Source: Eledone cirrhosa (Eukaryota). Taken from it: a stretch of 64,000 nt of DNA. The notes below the pieces were generated by a model, which made no database searches, was not told the origin of the DNA, and saw nothing but the letters and a program-made list of their open reading frames with translations. Location: positions 306,900,001 to 306,964,000 of the forward strand of contig OZ024741.1 in assembly GCA_964016885.1 (NCBI GenBank). The letters run 5' to 3'. The translations under genes and the position numbers were made by a program. This document shows, piece by piece, positions 41,904 to 55,761 of this stretch. Position 1 is the stretch's first letter. Each line of letters begins with the position of its first letter.

Positions 41904-44900
41904 TTGTACTTGTGTCGACATTCACCCTGGACGGGTTAAGCCGGCTTCTTCCCTTATCCTGAAGGCATCTCGAACCATGGCAGCCCACCACGCACGATGG
42001 TCCCGGGCTAGGTCACTGGAGATAGCGAGCCAGTCACGGTTCCATCGGCGCAGGCCGACCACCTGCGGACCTGAGAGTTCGGAGGGGTCCTCCTTGATCG
42101 TCGTTGCCCAAGTCTATAGTTGCCCGCCAACGCCAGTTAGGGAGTGGGGGGTCGGAGGAGAACATCGCGGATCAGATCACCCTCAGGGCGCCGGGCTGCG
42201 TGAACAAACCATCTCAAGCGCCGTTGCAGAAGCACTAAAGGAAGGGGTCGAAGATTCAGGCGAAGACGAAGACTGGTGGTAGGTACCCAATCAACGCGTT
42301 GGCATAGGCTATGTTTCACAGCCATAGAGGAGGATAGTGCGAATGATGGCCTGGTAGATTCACCCTTTGGTCGCGAAGGTGATCTCTCTTCCGTCCCACA
42401 AACACCGCTGGAGGCGCCCAAAAGCGGATCTGGCAGCACCTATGCGACGCTTGACCTCAGCTGCGTCCTGTCCCATTGGAACCACTGTTGAGCGTAGGTA
42501 AACGAAGGACTTCACATCCTATAGGTCCACGCCCTCGAAAGATATTGGCTGCCAGGCATCAGGCGAGACCAGTAACATCATTACTTTCAACTTGGTGGCA
42601 TTGATTCATAGACCAACAGCGGCGGCTGCAGTGTGCACCCTTTCGAGAGCACCTTGTACATCTGTCCCGTTAGCGCCCATCGGCACGATGTCATCGCCAT
42701 AGGCCAGAACCGTAACCAAGACCCCTCTCCCGAACTCTGTGCCCAGGTAATCCCGGAGCACTGTGTCTACCGAGTCGAAGGCAGCTGCAAAGTCGATGAA
42801 GCAGAGGACGGTAGGCTGTTGATGTGCCCACCGTTGTTCCAGGACACGCTGGAGAATAAAGATTTGACCAACGCACCCCCTCCCCGGATGGAAGCCGCCC
42901 CGAGAAGGACGGGTACGGACATCACGGATGGCCTGGAACCTCTTCAGCAGAAGAATTGCTAAGGTTTTGGCAGCAACGTCAATTAAACTGATAACCCTGT
43001 AGTTGGAACACAGTTTCCTGTCGCCTTTTTTAAAGAAGCGTAGGAGAGTTGCCTTGCTCCAGTCACCAGGGAACCGCTCCGTCGCCCACACCGAGGAGAA
43101 GACTCGATGGAGCCAAGCTGCGAAGACATCAGGCTCGGCCTTGTAGACCTCAGCTGGAACGCCATCTTTGCCCGGCGCCTTGTTGTTCCGGAGATGTGTC
43201 AGGACACTACGTACCTCCTCGACCGTTGGAGGGGCAGTGCTGGACCCGTATTCTTCTCTGGAAGGCTGCAGATAGATTGGCGTGGGTGGTGGTGGGTAGT
43301 TGAGCAGCTCGGAGAAATGGTCCCGCCATCGGACTAGCCGGTCATTAAGATTGATACCCATACTGATACCCATACTGCTTCGGCTGGCCCGCTTCACCAG
43401 TTGGTAGAGCTTGCGTTGCGCGAGTCACCACAGGCTGCTGCCCTCTCCGTCTGTTCCGCAAATTTGCGCCAGTGTGCATTCCGATCAGCCCGAATAGCCC
43501 GAGATGTGCGACGTCGGAGATCTCGAAGATTGGGTGCACCCTCGAGTCGGGCCATTCTCGCCCTCTCCACCAGTTCAAGAGTCCCGCCAGAGATCCAGTC
43601 CCGATGGCATCTTCGAGTCGACCCGAGATGCTCCCTGGCCACCTCAACCGTCGCCGCCCTGAGCGGTTGCTGTTGCTGTTCCACTTCGTTACTCAGCATT
43701 TGGAATCGGTTTCGCAGCTCTAGCCGGAAAGCATTTCCAGATTCGAGCTTGAGTCGCGAGATGTCGATCCTTTTCTGGGATGGAGGTTTCGCCCGCAGCC
43801 GCAGACGAAGGGTTGCTCGAACAAGAGTATGGCCTGACCCATGGTCACTGCCCGTATCAGCCCCCCCCCCCCCCCCCCCGATAAGCAAGCACGCGAGTCC
43901 ATCACTGAGCTGGCCCACCGAGATCTGACCAGGATGTAGTCAATCTGATTGGCCGTTCTTCCGTCATTGGATCGCCACGTCGCCACGTGACGAGGTGACG
44001 CCGAGGATGTTGGAACCGGGTGTTGGTGACGATAAGACGATTAGCATCCGCGAAGGACACAAACCGTTCACCATTGTCACAGCGTACGCCTAGGGCGAAG
44101 CATCCTAGATTATGCCGTGTTGTATCATCAGCTGGCCCCGCCCGCGCATTCCAGTCCCCAGCGACAATGAGAACACCACTGGAGGGGACGCCATCCACGG
44201 TTGTTTGGAGATCGGCATAGAACTGCGTCTTGTCCGCCTCGTCCGCATTGAGTGTGGGAGCGTAGACGGCAATTACGCTGACGTTGGACATTTGACCCTT
44301 CAATCGAACCAGCGCGAGTCGGTGTGAGATCGGCTTGCGCGTCGGGGCTGAGCGCTACAGCGACCCCGTGAAGGCCACTGTTGTCAGTCACGCCACTATG
44401 GTACAAGTGGTAGGAGATGTCCTCGCTAGGAACTTTGATCGGAAGATGACCAACATCGGGAAGTCGAACTTCTGAAAGGCAAGCGACACTAACGCAGTAC
44501 CTGTGCAGAGCCTTCATTGTAAGTGCCTGGACACCGTAGTCACAAAGTGTTCGGACGTTCCAGCACGCCACCCTCAATTCCTTCCTTGGTCTGAAGAGCG
44601 GGACTACTGCGGGAGTAGGCTGTAGAGCCATAGAGGTAGGACCGCTGTTGCTTTGCATTGCGTTCGTAGCGGGAAGGCAATTCGTATTCATAGTTCGTAT
44701 TTGTAATATTCATGGAAGAAGTGTCATGGGAGTAGTGAATTCACAAGCAGTCCCCACAAAAAAACCTGCATGTATATCCCGAACGAGGGGAAAAAACGTC
44801 CTGTTTGCCGCAGATTCTCTACAGACGCAGGGACAGAAACGACCCGAAGCCGCCAGGTACCGGAACAAACACCTCTTGGATTTTTACCAGAGCCCCTTTT

Positions 44901-45052
44901 GCCAGGTTGCGGCCCTAATACCGCTGGGTGCCAGACCAATTCACATTGGGTGGGCCTACCAGGAACCGAAGTTCCCGACGGCATAGCTCTGATACTACCC
45001 GTTGCCACCACCCTGCCACTTTGAGGAGGGGTTGGACTGTATTGATACAAGA
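41904..45052 (-). mobile_element. GC-rich RTE (BovB/SR2-like) with both ends, internal deletions and a 22-bp TSD
   Basis: VACWNVRTL, VYAPT, GDWNA, NQIDYIL, NYRVISL, FIDFAAAFDSVD, AYGDD; TSD acatacatatatacatacatac at 41882-41903 and 45053-45074. Confidence 0.9.
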
Positions 45053-45074
45053 ACATACATATATACATACATAC

Positions 45075-48000
45075 ATAACACACTCAACGCGATCAGTCGC
45101 ATATTTTGGTGTGGGAGACTATTTATTAAATTTAAGATGAATACTATTTCCAACAGTAATGCCACAACTACAGTCATGTTGAATAACTGGTTATTCTTCT
45201 AACTATATCTTCTGAAGACACCTTTTATTCGAATTCGTAAAGATATCCAACTAAATACATAATTCATTTTACAAGGATTTGCTACAAACAGCATGGTGGA
45301 ACACAACATCAACAACAACATTAAGGAAGTATCGAAGACAAACAACAAGAAAGGTAAACACTTTATTCAGTTGTAGCTACAGAAGAAACCGAAATTATAA
45401 ATCGCATCTCTCTTGGAGTTGCGAACTTAATAATGATTTATTTAATTGTTATAAAATGGCAAAAAAAATCCCTCCATTGGCTATATGAATTGAATGAAGC
45501 TACACTGGGACGAAATGCACCCAGAGCTAAATTGTTTCACAGCGAAACAATTACGCCAACAAGCGACGCTTGTTGAACTTAAAAATATTATTACTTGTAA
45601 GTCCCTCACAACTAACATGGGATCAATAACACGTGCTACAGGTCACCATGCTACTAGACTTCCTAGCAGCCAGGTCGAACAGCGCCTTGAAACAACTATG
45701 CCTGTAAGAAACTTGACACCACCTGTACCATCTAAGTCTACCTCGAATGCTGGGGAAAACACATCGATATTAATAATAATAATCGAAGAAATGTGACGCT
45801 ACATGTACCATCCGAGTCTACCTCGACTGTTGTGGAAAATACTATCGATAATGATAATAATCAAAAGTATAAACAATTGAAAATTTCCCTCAACGAAATC
45901 TTCCAGAGAAATTAATTCATGTATAAATATCTCTCTTGCTGAACGCATTAAAAGGACAATGTTTAATAAAAACCAAATAATGAAATATTACGTGTTATTG
46001 ACGAAATAGGGGATGAATATTTACGACGGATAAAAACCCCAACATTTTAGCAAATCAACGCCTCTTTATATGCCTTAGCAACGACAGTGAAGCATTATCT
46101 TGGTGATAGCAGAGATATTAACAAGAACAAAACACCGCAAAAATGCCATAACTAAAATAGAAAAAAAGATTGCTGACCTGCGAAAAACCATAGGATATGT
46201 GACAATGCTCCTTACATTCAAACAAACACAAAAAAAACGTCACTCCTCACCAACAAAGAGTGAAAAATAAAATAGCGACGATGTTTGGTAACAGTAGAAC
46301 CAGAACTCATCAATATAAGCTGATCGCCCTCAAACAAGAATTGAGAGCTGTTACCGAAAAACGCCGAAACCTGAAGAAGGTAGATGAGAGAAAAGTGCTT
46401 AATAAAAGATTCAGATGAAACCAAACCTCTGTCTATAGAGATATGAAGAACAAAATAATAAGTGTCTCTGAGGCCCCATCCCAGAAAGACATAGATTCTT
46501 TTTGGAGCAAAATATGGGGTGAAAAGAAGAATTTCAACCAAGATGCAGTGTGGCTAGGAGAAATCCGAAAGAACTATTTCTCCTACACTACAACAAAAAC
46601 ATACAAAATAAGTGAGGGTACTTTTGATACTGTGATACGAAAACTCAAAGATAAGAAAACACCAGGAAGAGACATGATTGTCAGCTACTGATACAAAAAA
46701 CTGATATTCTATCGGAGGTATCTTACTGACCTCTACCAACAAGTTCTTAAGGGAGATACACTTATATCAGAATGGTTGACATTAGCACAAACATTACTGG
46801 TCCCCAAGAACAAAGACATCCACTTGGCAAAAAACTACCGACCTATTGCATGCCAGAACCTGATGTATAAGATGTATACAGCCTGCCTGAACCTATTCTT
46901 CCAAGATCACTGTGAAAATAATAACATCATCACAAATGAACAAGCAGCTGGAAAGAAAGGGGTTTGGGGATGTGCTGAACAACTCCTAATCAACAAAACT
47001 GCGATGCCGGAGGTGAAACAACTTAGGAGGAATATGGCTACTGTCTAGCTGGACTACAGGAAAGCTTTCGATTCTGTTCCCCACTCTTGGATGATAGAGG
47101 CCCTCTAACTTGCTAAAGTCCCAGACATTATTGCCAGAGCCATAGAGAGGCTGTCTTCTTCTTGGGCTACTATCCTCTATTTTCACTGATAAAATAAAAT
47201 ATCGCAGAAGTATATTTCAGGGAGACAGTCTCTCTGTGATATTATTCATCTTGTCATTAAACCCCTTGTCCTTTAAGCTCAAGAAATGTGAGGGATACAT
47301 CATTGGCTCACAGGATGACAGAAATACGAACCTAACCCATAATTTCTTTGTGGATGATCTGAAACTCTATGCCAAGAATATGGATGGGATGACGAAAAAT
47401 CTTGACCTGGTTACAACGTTCTCAAAGGATATAGGAATGGAGTTTGGCCAAGATAAATGCTCATATATGACTGTAAAGCGGGGAAAAACAACAACCCAAT
47501 CTAGCAACATTGTCATCAATGGCCTAACTGTTTCACCGATATCTGATGAGGACTGCTACAGATACCTGGGGATAGATGAGAACATATCATATAATGGTAT
47601 CTGTAATAAGGAACACGTAACCAGGGAATACTACACCCGATTAAGAAAGATTTGGTCATCGGAACTCTCTGCGCAAAACAAAACAGTGACTCACAATGTG
47701 TTTGCTGTGCCTGTGCTAACACCAACATTTGGAATATTCAATTGGACGACAGACGAAATCCGAGCAATTGATGTTAGAACTCGAAATATACTAAACAACA
47801 CCGAAAACTTCCACATCAACTGTGACATATACCGCCTTTACTTGAAACGTAAGCAGGGAGGCAGAGGCCTGACATCAGTCCAGACAACATTTGAATGTCG
47901 CATCAGATCCCTCCGACAACATCTACGAACCTCGAAGCGTAGGAGCCCGTCTCTCGAGCAAGTCTATCTGCATGAAACAGATAAGATCATGAGAGTTGGG

Positions 48001-48300
48001 AAGGAACTCCTCGAGAGATATTCCCTGTGTGATAATCAAAAACTCACACCCAGGGATGTCACTCAGCAGTATCGCAGTGAATCCATGGATGAAAAACTGC
48101 ATGCTGATCAGCAAAAAATCATGCATGGATATGTTGCCAGGAAGCTCCAGAGTGAGAGTAATATAGATAAGGAAAGTAGTCTATCTTGGACCAACAAATG
48201 CTATATTGGCTCCCACTTTGAAGGATACGCTTTTGCAATCCAAGAACAGGAGATTAACACAAAATACCTGATTCACAAAAGAGATAGGGATGCAGGCAAA
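45075..48300 (+). mobile_element. R4/Dong-clade non-LTR retrotransposon, degenerate and 3'-truncated
   Basis: NYRPIACQN, CAEQLLINK, LDYRKAFDSVPH, IFQGDSLS, FVDDLKLYA, RLYLKRKQGGRGL, AIQEQEINTKY. Confidence 0.88.
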
Positions 48301-51300
48301 TCACCATCATCATCATCGTTTAACGTCCATCTTCCCCGCTAGCATGGGTTTAGACAGAAATTATCCCACGTGAGGCAAGATTGGTTGTCTTGCTCGTATA
48401 GGACGGTCTGGCGGGTTTTCTACGGCTGGATGCCCTTCCTAACACCAACTACGTTTACAGTGTGGACTGGGGAGTTTGTACCGTGTTAACTTTAACTACA
48501 CGGCCACATTAGAGCGTGGACTGTGTTTTTTTGTCGTGACACCTACACGACCTCATTTATTTAGGACTGGATGTTGTGGCACCAACATAACTTTACAGAG
48601 AAAAGGGTGATGTAGATGGGGTGGGGGTAGGGGTAGTGGGATGGGGTTGTATTTTGGTTAAGAGGTACCTACTGACTGTAGGTTTCGCTTTGTACATAGG
48701 CAAGGTGGGTCTTCTGTATCACTGTGTGGCGCCAAAGATCTCGGTCCAGTGACATTGTCTTGGAGAGGTGTAAGTGTGTAAGGTCGGAATTTATCAAATC
48801 GTTCCAGGTTTTTCTGGGTCTGCCTACTCCATAGCTTCCATCTATTTTGATCGCCCTGCACTTTTTATACAGCTGTCGTCTTTCATGCGCATCACGTGAC
48901 CATACCAACGTAGTCTTCTCTCGTGTAAACAGCAACTGATCCCTCTTATTCCTAATTTCTCACTTAGTTCATTTATGCTTTGCCATTCACGTATATTACT
49001 ATTACACATCCAGCGGAGCATGCAAGCTTCGTTCTTCTCCAGTCTGTGCAGATCCTCTGCACACAATGCCCATGTCTCACTGCCATGTAACATTGCTGTT
49101 CGTATGCAGGCATCATACAGTCTGCCTTTCATTTTTAGGGAGAAACCTTTAGCGGCCAATAGTGGTATAAGCTCTCTGAACTTTTTCCATCCAGTTCTGA
49201 CTCTAGCTACTGTATTTTCAGAGCACCCTCCACCACTGCTGATTTTGTCACCCAGGTAACGGAAGGTGTCCACTATTTCTATAGAACCATCTGGGCAATG
49301 GAAGGAGCTAGTATCCTGTGGGCACTTGCTACTACTTATTGCAACTCAGCACCAGCCACATATAAAATCTATGTTCTTAGTTAGTTTACCTGTGATCCCA
49401 CTACATCTTTTATGCACCCATACTTTGCATTTCGGACATAAAATGGAGTTTCTGCCTACTCCTTTCCTACACACTGAGCATGTCCATTTCCCAGAGGGGA
49501 CCAGTGCCTTATTTTCCTTCCTACATACTAGAACTTTAGTCTTAGACAAGTTAATTTTAAGGCCTTTTGATTTTAGGCCATGCTTCCAAGTTTGGAATTT
49601 CTTCTCTAGTTCAGCCATTGGTTCAGCTATGAGCGTTAGGTCACCTGCGTATAGAAGTTTGCATGGGCAGCCAGTCTCTGTTATAGCCTGAAGGGCAATA
49701 ATAAATAGGAGGGGGATAAGGACAGAGCCCTGATGAACACCGAATTTTACGGTAAATTCTTCACTATATTCGTTGTTAATTCTAACCTTGCTGACGATTG
49801 CTTTATACATGACTTGTATAGCTCTCACAAGCCATTCATCAACACCTAGTTTTTTAAGCGCCCACCAGATAATGGAGCGGGGGACTCTGTCAAAGTCTTT
49901 CTTCTACAAAAGCTAAGTAGAGGGGTTTACTTTTAGCTAGGTACTTCTCCTTTAGTTGTTGTACAAGGAAAAGAGTGTCTGTGGTAGTTTTACCTGTCAC
50001 AAACCCAAACTGCATTTCATCTAGTTCAATTCGCTCTCTGATTAGTTGCGCTATAACTCTTTCTGTGACCTTCATAACCTGCTCAACTAACTTAATGCCT
50101 CTATAGTTTCCCCTATCTAGAACATCTACTTTACCCGTGTAGCAGTTAATGATGATGCTGCTAATACTCATATATATATCGTATAAACCCAAACTGACAT
50201 AAACCCAAACTGCATTTCATCAAGATCAATTCGCTCTCTGATTATTTGCGCTATAACTTCATGACCTGGTCAATTAATTTAATGCCTCTATAGTTTCCCC
50301 TATCTAGGGCATCTCCTTTACTCTTGTAGCAGTTAATGATGATGATGCTATGCCAGTCATATGGGATGACCCCATTCTGTATGACTTGGTTTACTATCTG
50401 GGAGACCATAGTGTGTCACACCGATCCAGATGCTTTCAGCATTTCAGCAACTATCTCTGAAGACCCAGCTGCTTTGTCTGTCTTCATATCTTTGATTGCC
50501 TTACTTATTATACTATCTTCAACTTGCACTGCTGGTCCCTTTATTGGATCGATTTTGGGCAGACTATCTTTTTCCCACTTATTCTCCTCATTTAGTAGCC
50601 TCTCGTAGTGACACTTCCAAGCTACCTTCTTATCAATATCAGTGATAGCAAGTATACCATCATCATTACGGACACACTTCTCCCCGGCAATATCAAGGTT
50701 TTCCTTGACACATTGTCTAACAATCCTGAACACCTCACGTTTTTGGTCCTCGCGTTGTAGAACATGCTTGAACTTTCTTTCCTCTGCTTCCCTTCTTACA
50801 AGATACACTTGTCTCCTAGCTTCTCTCCTGGCCACTTGATAGTGTTCTCTACTTCCCTCATCCTGCCATACCTTGAAAGCTTGCTTTTTGGCCTTGATTG
50901 ACTCCTCCACCTTACTGTTCCACCACCATGTTACTCTCCTCCTGCCTATAGGTCTGCTCCAGCCACGGATTTCATCTGTCGCCTTCAGCAGGTTAACTTC
51001 CAGGAATTCCCACTGTTCCTCTATACTGTACGTCTCTAATTGCTCTTCCTTACTGTCAAAAGCATCAAGTAGTATGCTTTTAAATTTGTTACTGGCTGTG
51101 GGGTCCTTTAACTTCCATATTCTTCTTCTCAGGGTGGTCCTCCTCTGTTGTCGAGTACGTCTTGTCTTGACTATGAGGTCACTAACTACGAGGCTATGTT
51201 GGGAGGTGCATTCTTCGCGGGGGAGGGATTTAGTGTTTACAACTGACACTCTGTCACGTCTTCTGGTAAGGATATAATCTATCTGACTGGCGTGTTCCCC

Positions 51301-52130
51301 TGATCTATAGGTGATCAAGTGATTGTCTCGTCTAGTTAGGTTATTTGCATCACAGAATTCCAGAATTCTGAAGCCTTCCTCATTTCTAGTACCAAACCCG
51401 TAGCCTCCATGGATTCCGTCATAGCCGTTACAATGTTGTCCAACATGACCATTTAGGTCGCCAGCAATAATTATGTAGTCACTGTCAGTTACTTGGGAGG
51501 TAGTGAGTATTAGCGACTCAGAATCTGTCTTTTATAACGCCAGGCAGTCCAGACTGGGGTGCATAAGCGGATATTATTGTCACAGTAGTTCTATTTAGGA
51601 CAAGTCTTATTTTGATTATTCTGTCGTTCACTCTATTTACACCAATTACCTTATCTACCCATTTTTCAGCTAACATAATTCCTACTCCACCCAGACCATT
51701 TTCATTTCCCACCCAGAAAAGTGTATAGCATCGGTTTCTACCCACAATGAATTTAGCAGAGCCACCCCTTCACCTAGTCTCTTGGACGCAACAAGCATCA
51801 ACTTCCTTACGTTCAAGCACCTCTACAACCTCGTTAGAGCGACCTTTCAAAGTGCCCACATTCATGGTACCAACTCTGAAGTTTTGGATTTCGTTTGATG
51901 GGTGGAAGGGATGGGTTGGAGGTGTAGGGAGGGGTTAGTGAGATGGGGTTATGTTTGCCATCCGCGTCTGAAATAAAGAGGAATCCTTGCATTTTCCTAC
52001 GGCCACATGAGGTGAATTTATCTTTATCTTTGACATTGTCATTTGAGTGTCCAGATTCTTCGTACTCTCCAGAATCCCACAGTCCATCTAGCATATCAAA
52101 GGCAACCAGGTTTAAACTTAAGGAGTGAAT
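48301..52130 (-). mobile_element. Near full-length RTE LINE subfamily B, degenerate
   Basis: APE (TMNVGTLKGRS, SAYAPQ, SQIDY), RT, PHD-like insert, long 3' UTR and CAT tail; internal duplication ~50010-50350. Confidence 0.92.
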
Positions 52131-52823
52131 AGCCGAGGCGGTGGTTTTGTGTAAGAGATTGGTAAGAGAGACATATAAGCCGCTGAATTATGATTGGACC
52201 ATCTAATAATTGTGGCGAGTGGAGGCGGGGGGCAGGGATATGGGGAAGTTAACTAGAAGGTTATCTGTTTTAATCTAAACCTATAAACTGATGTATAACA
52301 GTAATTAGTGTTTAAATACGGAAGGTTATTAAACGAACGTATAACAGTAGTCAGAGTTTCAATACAAGAAGATTGGTTTTGAGGGTCTGACAGAATTAAC
52401 GAATAAAATTGAAAGCTTGGATTCTAAGTAAATGGACCGTGTAAAAACATAGAGAGAGACAAGAAAATAGCGTAAATATTTCTCAAACGTCCCTTTGGCA
52501 GGGATGAAGATTCGAAAAATTCTGAAATTTTTTACGACCGATAGGTTCATTTTATACTTGTTAAGGCTTATAGATAATGCATTGGGGGACAGAGTAGAGG
52601 AGAAGAAGAAGGAAGAATGTTCCCGAAAAAGTTATAACTAGAAGGTTATTTTTAAAAAATCTAAACCTATAAACGGACGTATAACAGTAATCAGTGTTTA
52701 AATACGAGAAGTATGAAAGAGTACTGGTGGAATGTTCCAGTAAAAACCCCAATAAAATGCAGGCATAACAGACCAGGTATATATACATACATACATATAT
52801 ATACATACTAACATACATACATG

Positions 52824-53140
52824 GAGGCACATGGCTTAGTGGTTAGAGCATTGGGCTTGCAATCGAAAGGTTGTGAGTTCAATTCTCAGACCGGTTGATG
52901 TGTTGTTTCCTTGAGCAAGACACTTTATTTCACATTGCTCCAGTTTACTCAGCTGTAGAAATGAGATGATAGGGACTGGAGTACCTATCATTCCACTGCA
53001 AAGTGGTCATGGAGGTGCCACGGCAAAAAGCACCCAGTACTCACTGTAAATGAGGTTGGTGTTAGGAAGGACATCTAGCTGTAGAAATCAAGCCAGAATC
53101 AGTTCCCGTTCCACCCTTGCAAGCAAGGAAAAGCGGACGA
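52824..53140 (+). mobile_element. Full tRNA-SINE with RTE-like 3' tail
   Basis: tRNA head, ccttgagcaagacac core, ttggtgttaggaagg and ccacccttgcaagc..aaaagcggacg shared with RTE 3' ends. Confidence 0.88.
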
Positions 53141-53906
53141 AACTTATTTGGGTTTTGAAGTTTAAACTTATCTACGGAACAGGTTTGGATTTTGAAATTT
53201 AAATTTGTCCAAGTACCACGGCTATTGCCAATATGGGTTTGTTTTTATTGATTTATTATTTTAAATCGAGACAGGCAAACTGTATTAATCTAATTAGTAT
53301 TTTTCAATCTAGCTAACTTGGTTATTTACAATACAAACACTTATATGATTGTATTAGTGTTTATCATATATATTAATTTATATTAACTTGTATTTCACGG
53401 CTCAGAAATACTTCTTTCTTTGAGCTATTTAATTGTAAAAGACTGTTTGAGTTTATAACTCTATATATATAGTATAACGGCTCCTTTTGTTGAGCTAATT
53501 TTAATCCCATATAAACGGCTGTTATTTCTAGCAGCACGAGTATGGGGTAGCTAGACGCTGAAAAACCATGTGCGTCGATCAGTCCTCTTAAATATTCTGA
53601 GGTGAAACATACCAATTTTCTGGGTACTTGCTGATGAGAACAGAAGATGGAATTTTTCACTTTTTCAATTATCGAAACTTATTTGGGTTTTGAAGTTTAA
53701 ACTTATCTACGGAACAGGTTTGGATTTTGAAATTTAAATTTGTCCAAGTACTACGGCTATTGCCAATATGGGTTTGTTTTTATTGATTTATTATTTTAAA
53801 TCGAGACAGGCAAACTGTATTAATCTAATTAGTATTTTTCAATCTAGCTAACTTGGTCATTTACAATACAAACACTTATATGATTGTATTAGTGTTTATC
53901 ATATAT
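53138..53906 (+). repeat. ~233-bp direct repeats with a ~300-bp spacer
   Basis: 53138-53371 matches 53673-53906. Confidence 0.8.
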
Positions 53907-53967
53907 ATATTTATATATATTTATACATACATAAATATATATTTATATATATATACATACATATATA

Positions 53968-54056
<89 letters not shown>

Positions 54057-54660
54057 CATATATTGGATTTTCACCCCGAAACTGGATACCAACCCTGAGT
54101 ACACCTGCACTTCTACCAGGAAATCTTTCGTATCATTGAAATTTTCTTTGCTTCTTATATATTATATATATATATATATTTGTCCGCCATTGCAAAAGGC
54201 CATAAATTCAAAATTTTGAAGAGACAGGAAAAGAGACAAGTGAACTATGAACTTGTACATCTCACTGACCCCCACCACCACGATAACAATAACGTCTACA
54301 CTCGCTCCCCACTATCACCACATTACTCATTATTCTATCTAAGGTGGCTGACCTGTTGACTGTTGATATACTGATGACTCTTTTGATGTATGTATGTGTA
54401 TATACATATATATATGTGTGTGTATATGTGTATGTATATGTATATCTCAGTGGATGCGACCACATTTAAACACAGCAACAATTACATCTACAACAACAAC
54501 AGCGACACCAACAACAACAACAGCAACAACCCCATTGTCTGTGTTGAATGTGTGTGTATGTATGTATTTATATATATGCGACTACAATAACAGCATCAAC
54601 ACCATTGTCTGCAGCAACAGCAGCAGTGAAATGAAGAAGAAGAACAACAACAACAGCGAC

Positions 54661-54691
<31 letters not shown>

Positions 54692-55094
54692 GCAACAACC
54701 CCATTGTCTGTGTTGAATGTGTGTGTATGTATGTATTCATATATATGCGACTACAACAACAGCATCAACACCATTGTCTGCAGCATCAGTGAAATGAAGA
54801 ACAACAACAACGGCAGCAGCAGCAACAACAACAACAACAACAGCAACAACAACAGCAGCAGCAACTACAATAACAACTACAGCAACAACAACTGCCACCA
54901 CCATCACTGACCATCCACCACCACCACCATCACCACACTGACACCATTCACCACCACCACCACCATTACCAGCGTAAAGCAAACAATTATTATTATTATT
55001 ATATAAAAACTGAACTGGACTGGGAAAAGTCAACAGTTGACATGATTTTGATTTTGTATTTGTATCAGTACTGCCGGTAATATATATATATATA

Positions 55095-55650
55095 GACGAC
55101 AGCTGTATAAAAAAGTGCAGGGCAATAAAAATAGACAGTAGCCACGGAGTAGGCAGACCCAGAAAAACCTGGGACGACCTGATAAATTCCGAGACAATGT
55201 CACTGGACCGAGATCTTTGGCGCTACACAGTAATAGAGAAGACCCGCCTTACCTAAGTACAAAGTGAAACCTACTACAGTCAGTAGGCACCTCTAACAAA
55301 ATACACCCTCGTCCCACTACCCCCACCCCATCCACACAACCCCTTTCAATGTAAAGTTATGTTGGTACCACAACATCCAGCCCGAAACAAATGAGGTCGT
55401 GTAGGTGTCACGACAAAAAAACACACAGTCCACGCTGTAATGTGGCTGTGTAGGTAACACGGTAAAAACCTCCTAGTTCCACACTGTAAATGTGGTTGGT
55501 GTTAGGAAGGGCATCCTGCCGTAGAAAACCCGCCAGACAGTCCTATGCGAGCAAGACAGCCACTCTTGCCTCAAGTGAGAAAACTCCCGTCCAAACCCAT
55601 GCGAGCGTGGAATATGGACGTTAAACGAAGATGATGATGATGATGATGAT
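55095..55650 (+). mobile_element. RTE subfamily B 3' end inserted in a TA run
   Basis: Near-identical to 523-1099. Confidence 0.88.
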
Positions 55651-55761
55651 ATGTGTGTGTTTGTGAGTGGTGTGTGCGTTTGTATGCATGAATGAGTGTT
55701 GGTATGTGACTGGCGTGTTTGTGGCATGAGTGTTGGTGTGTGTGAGTGTGTGTGTGTGTGT

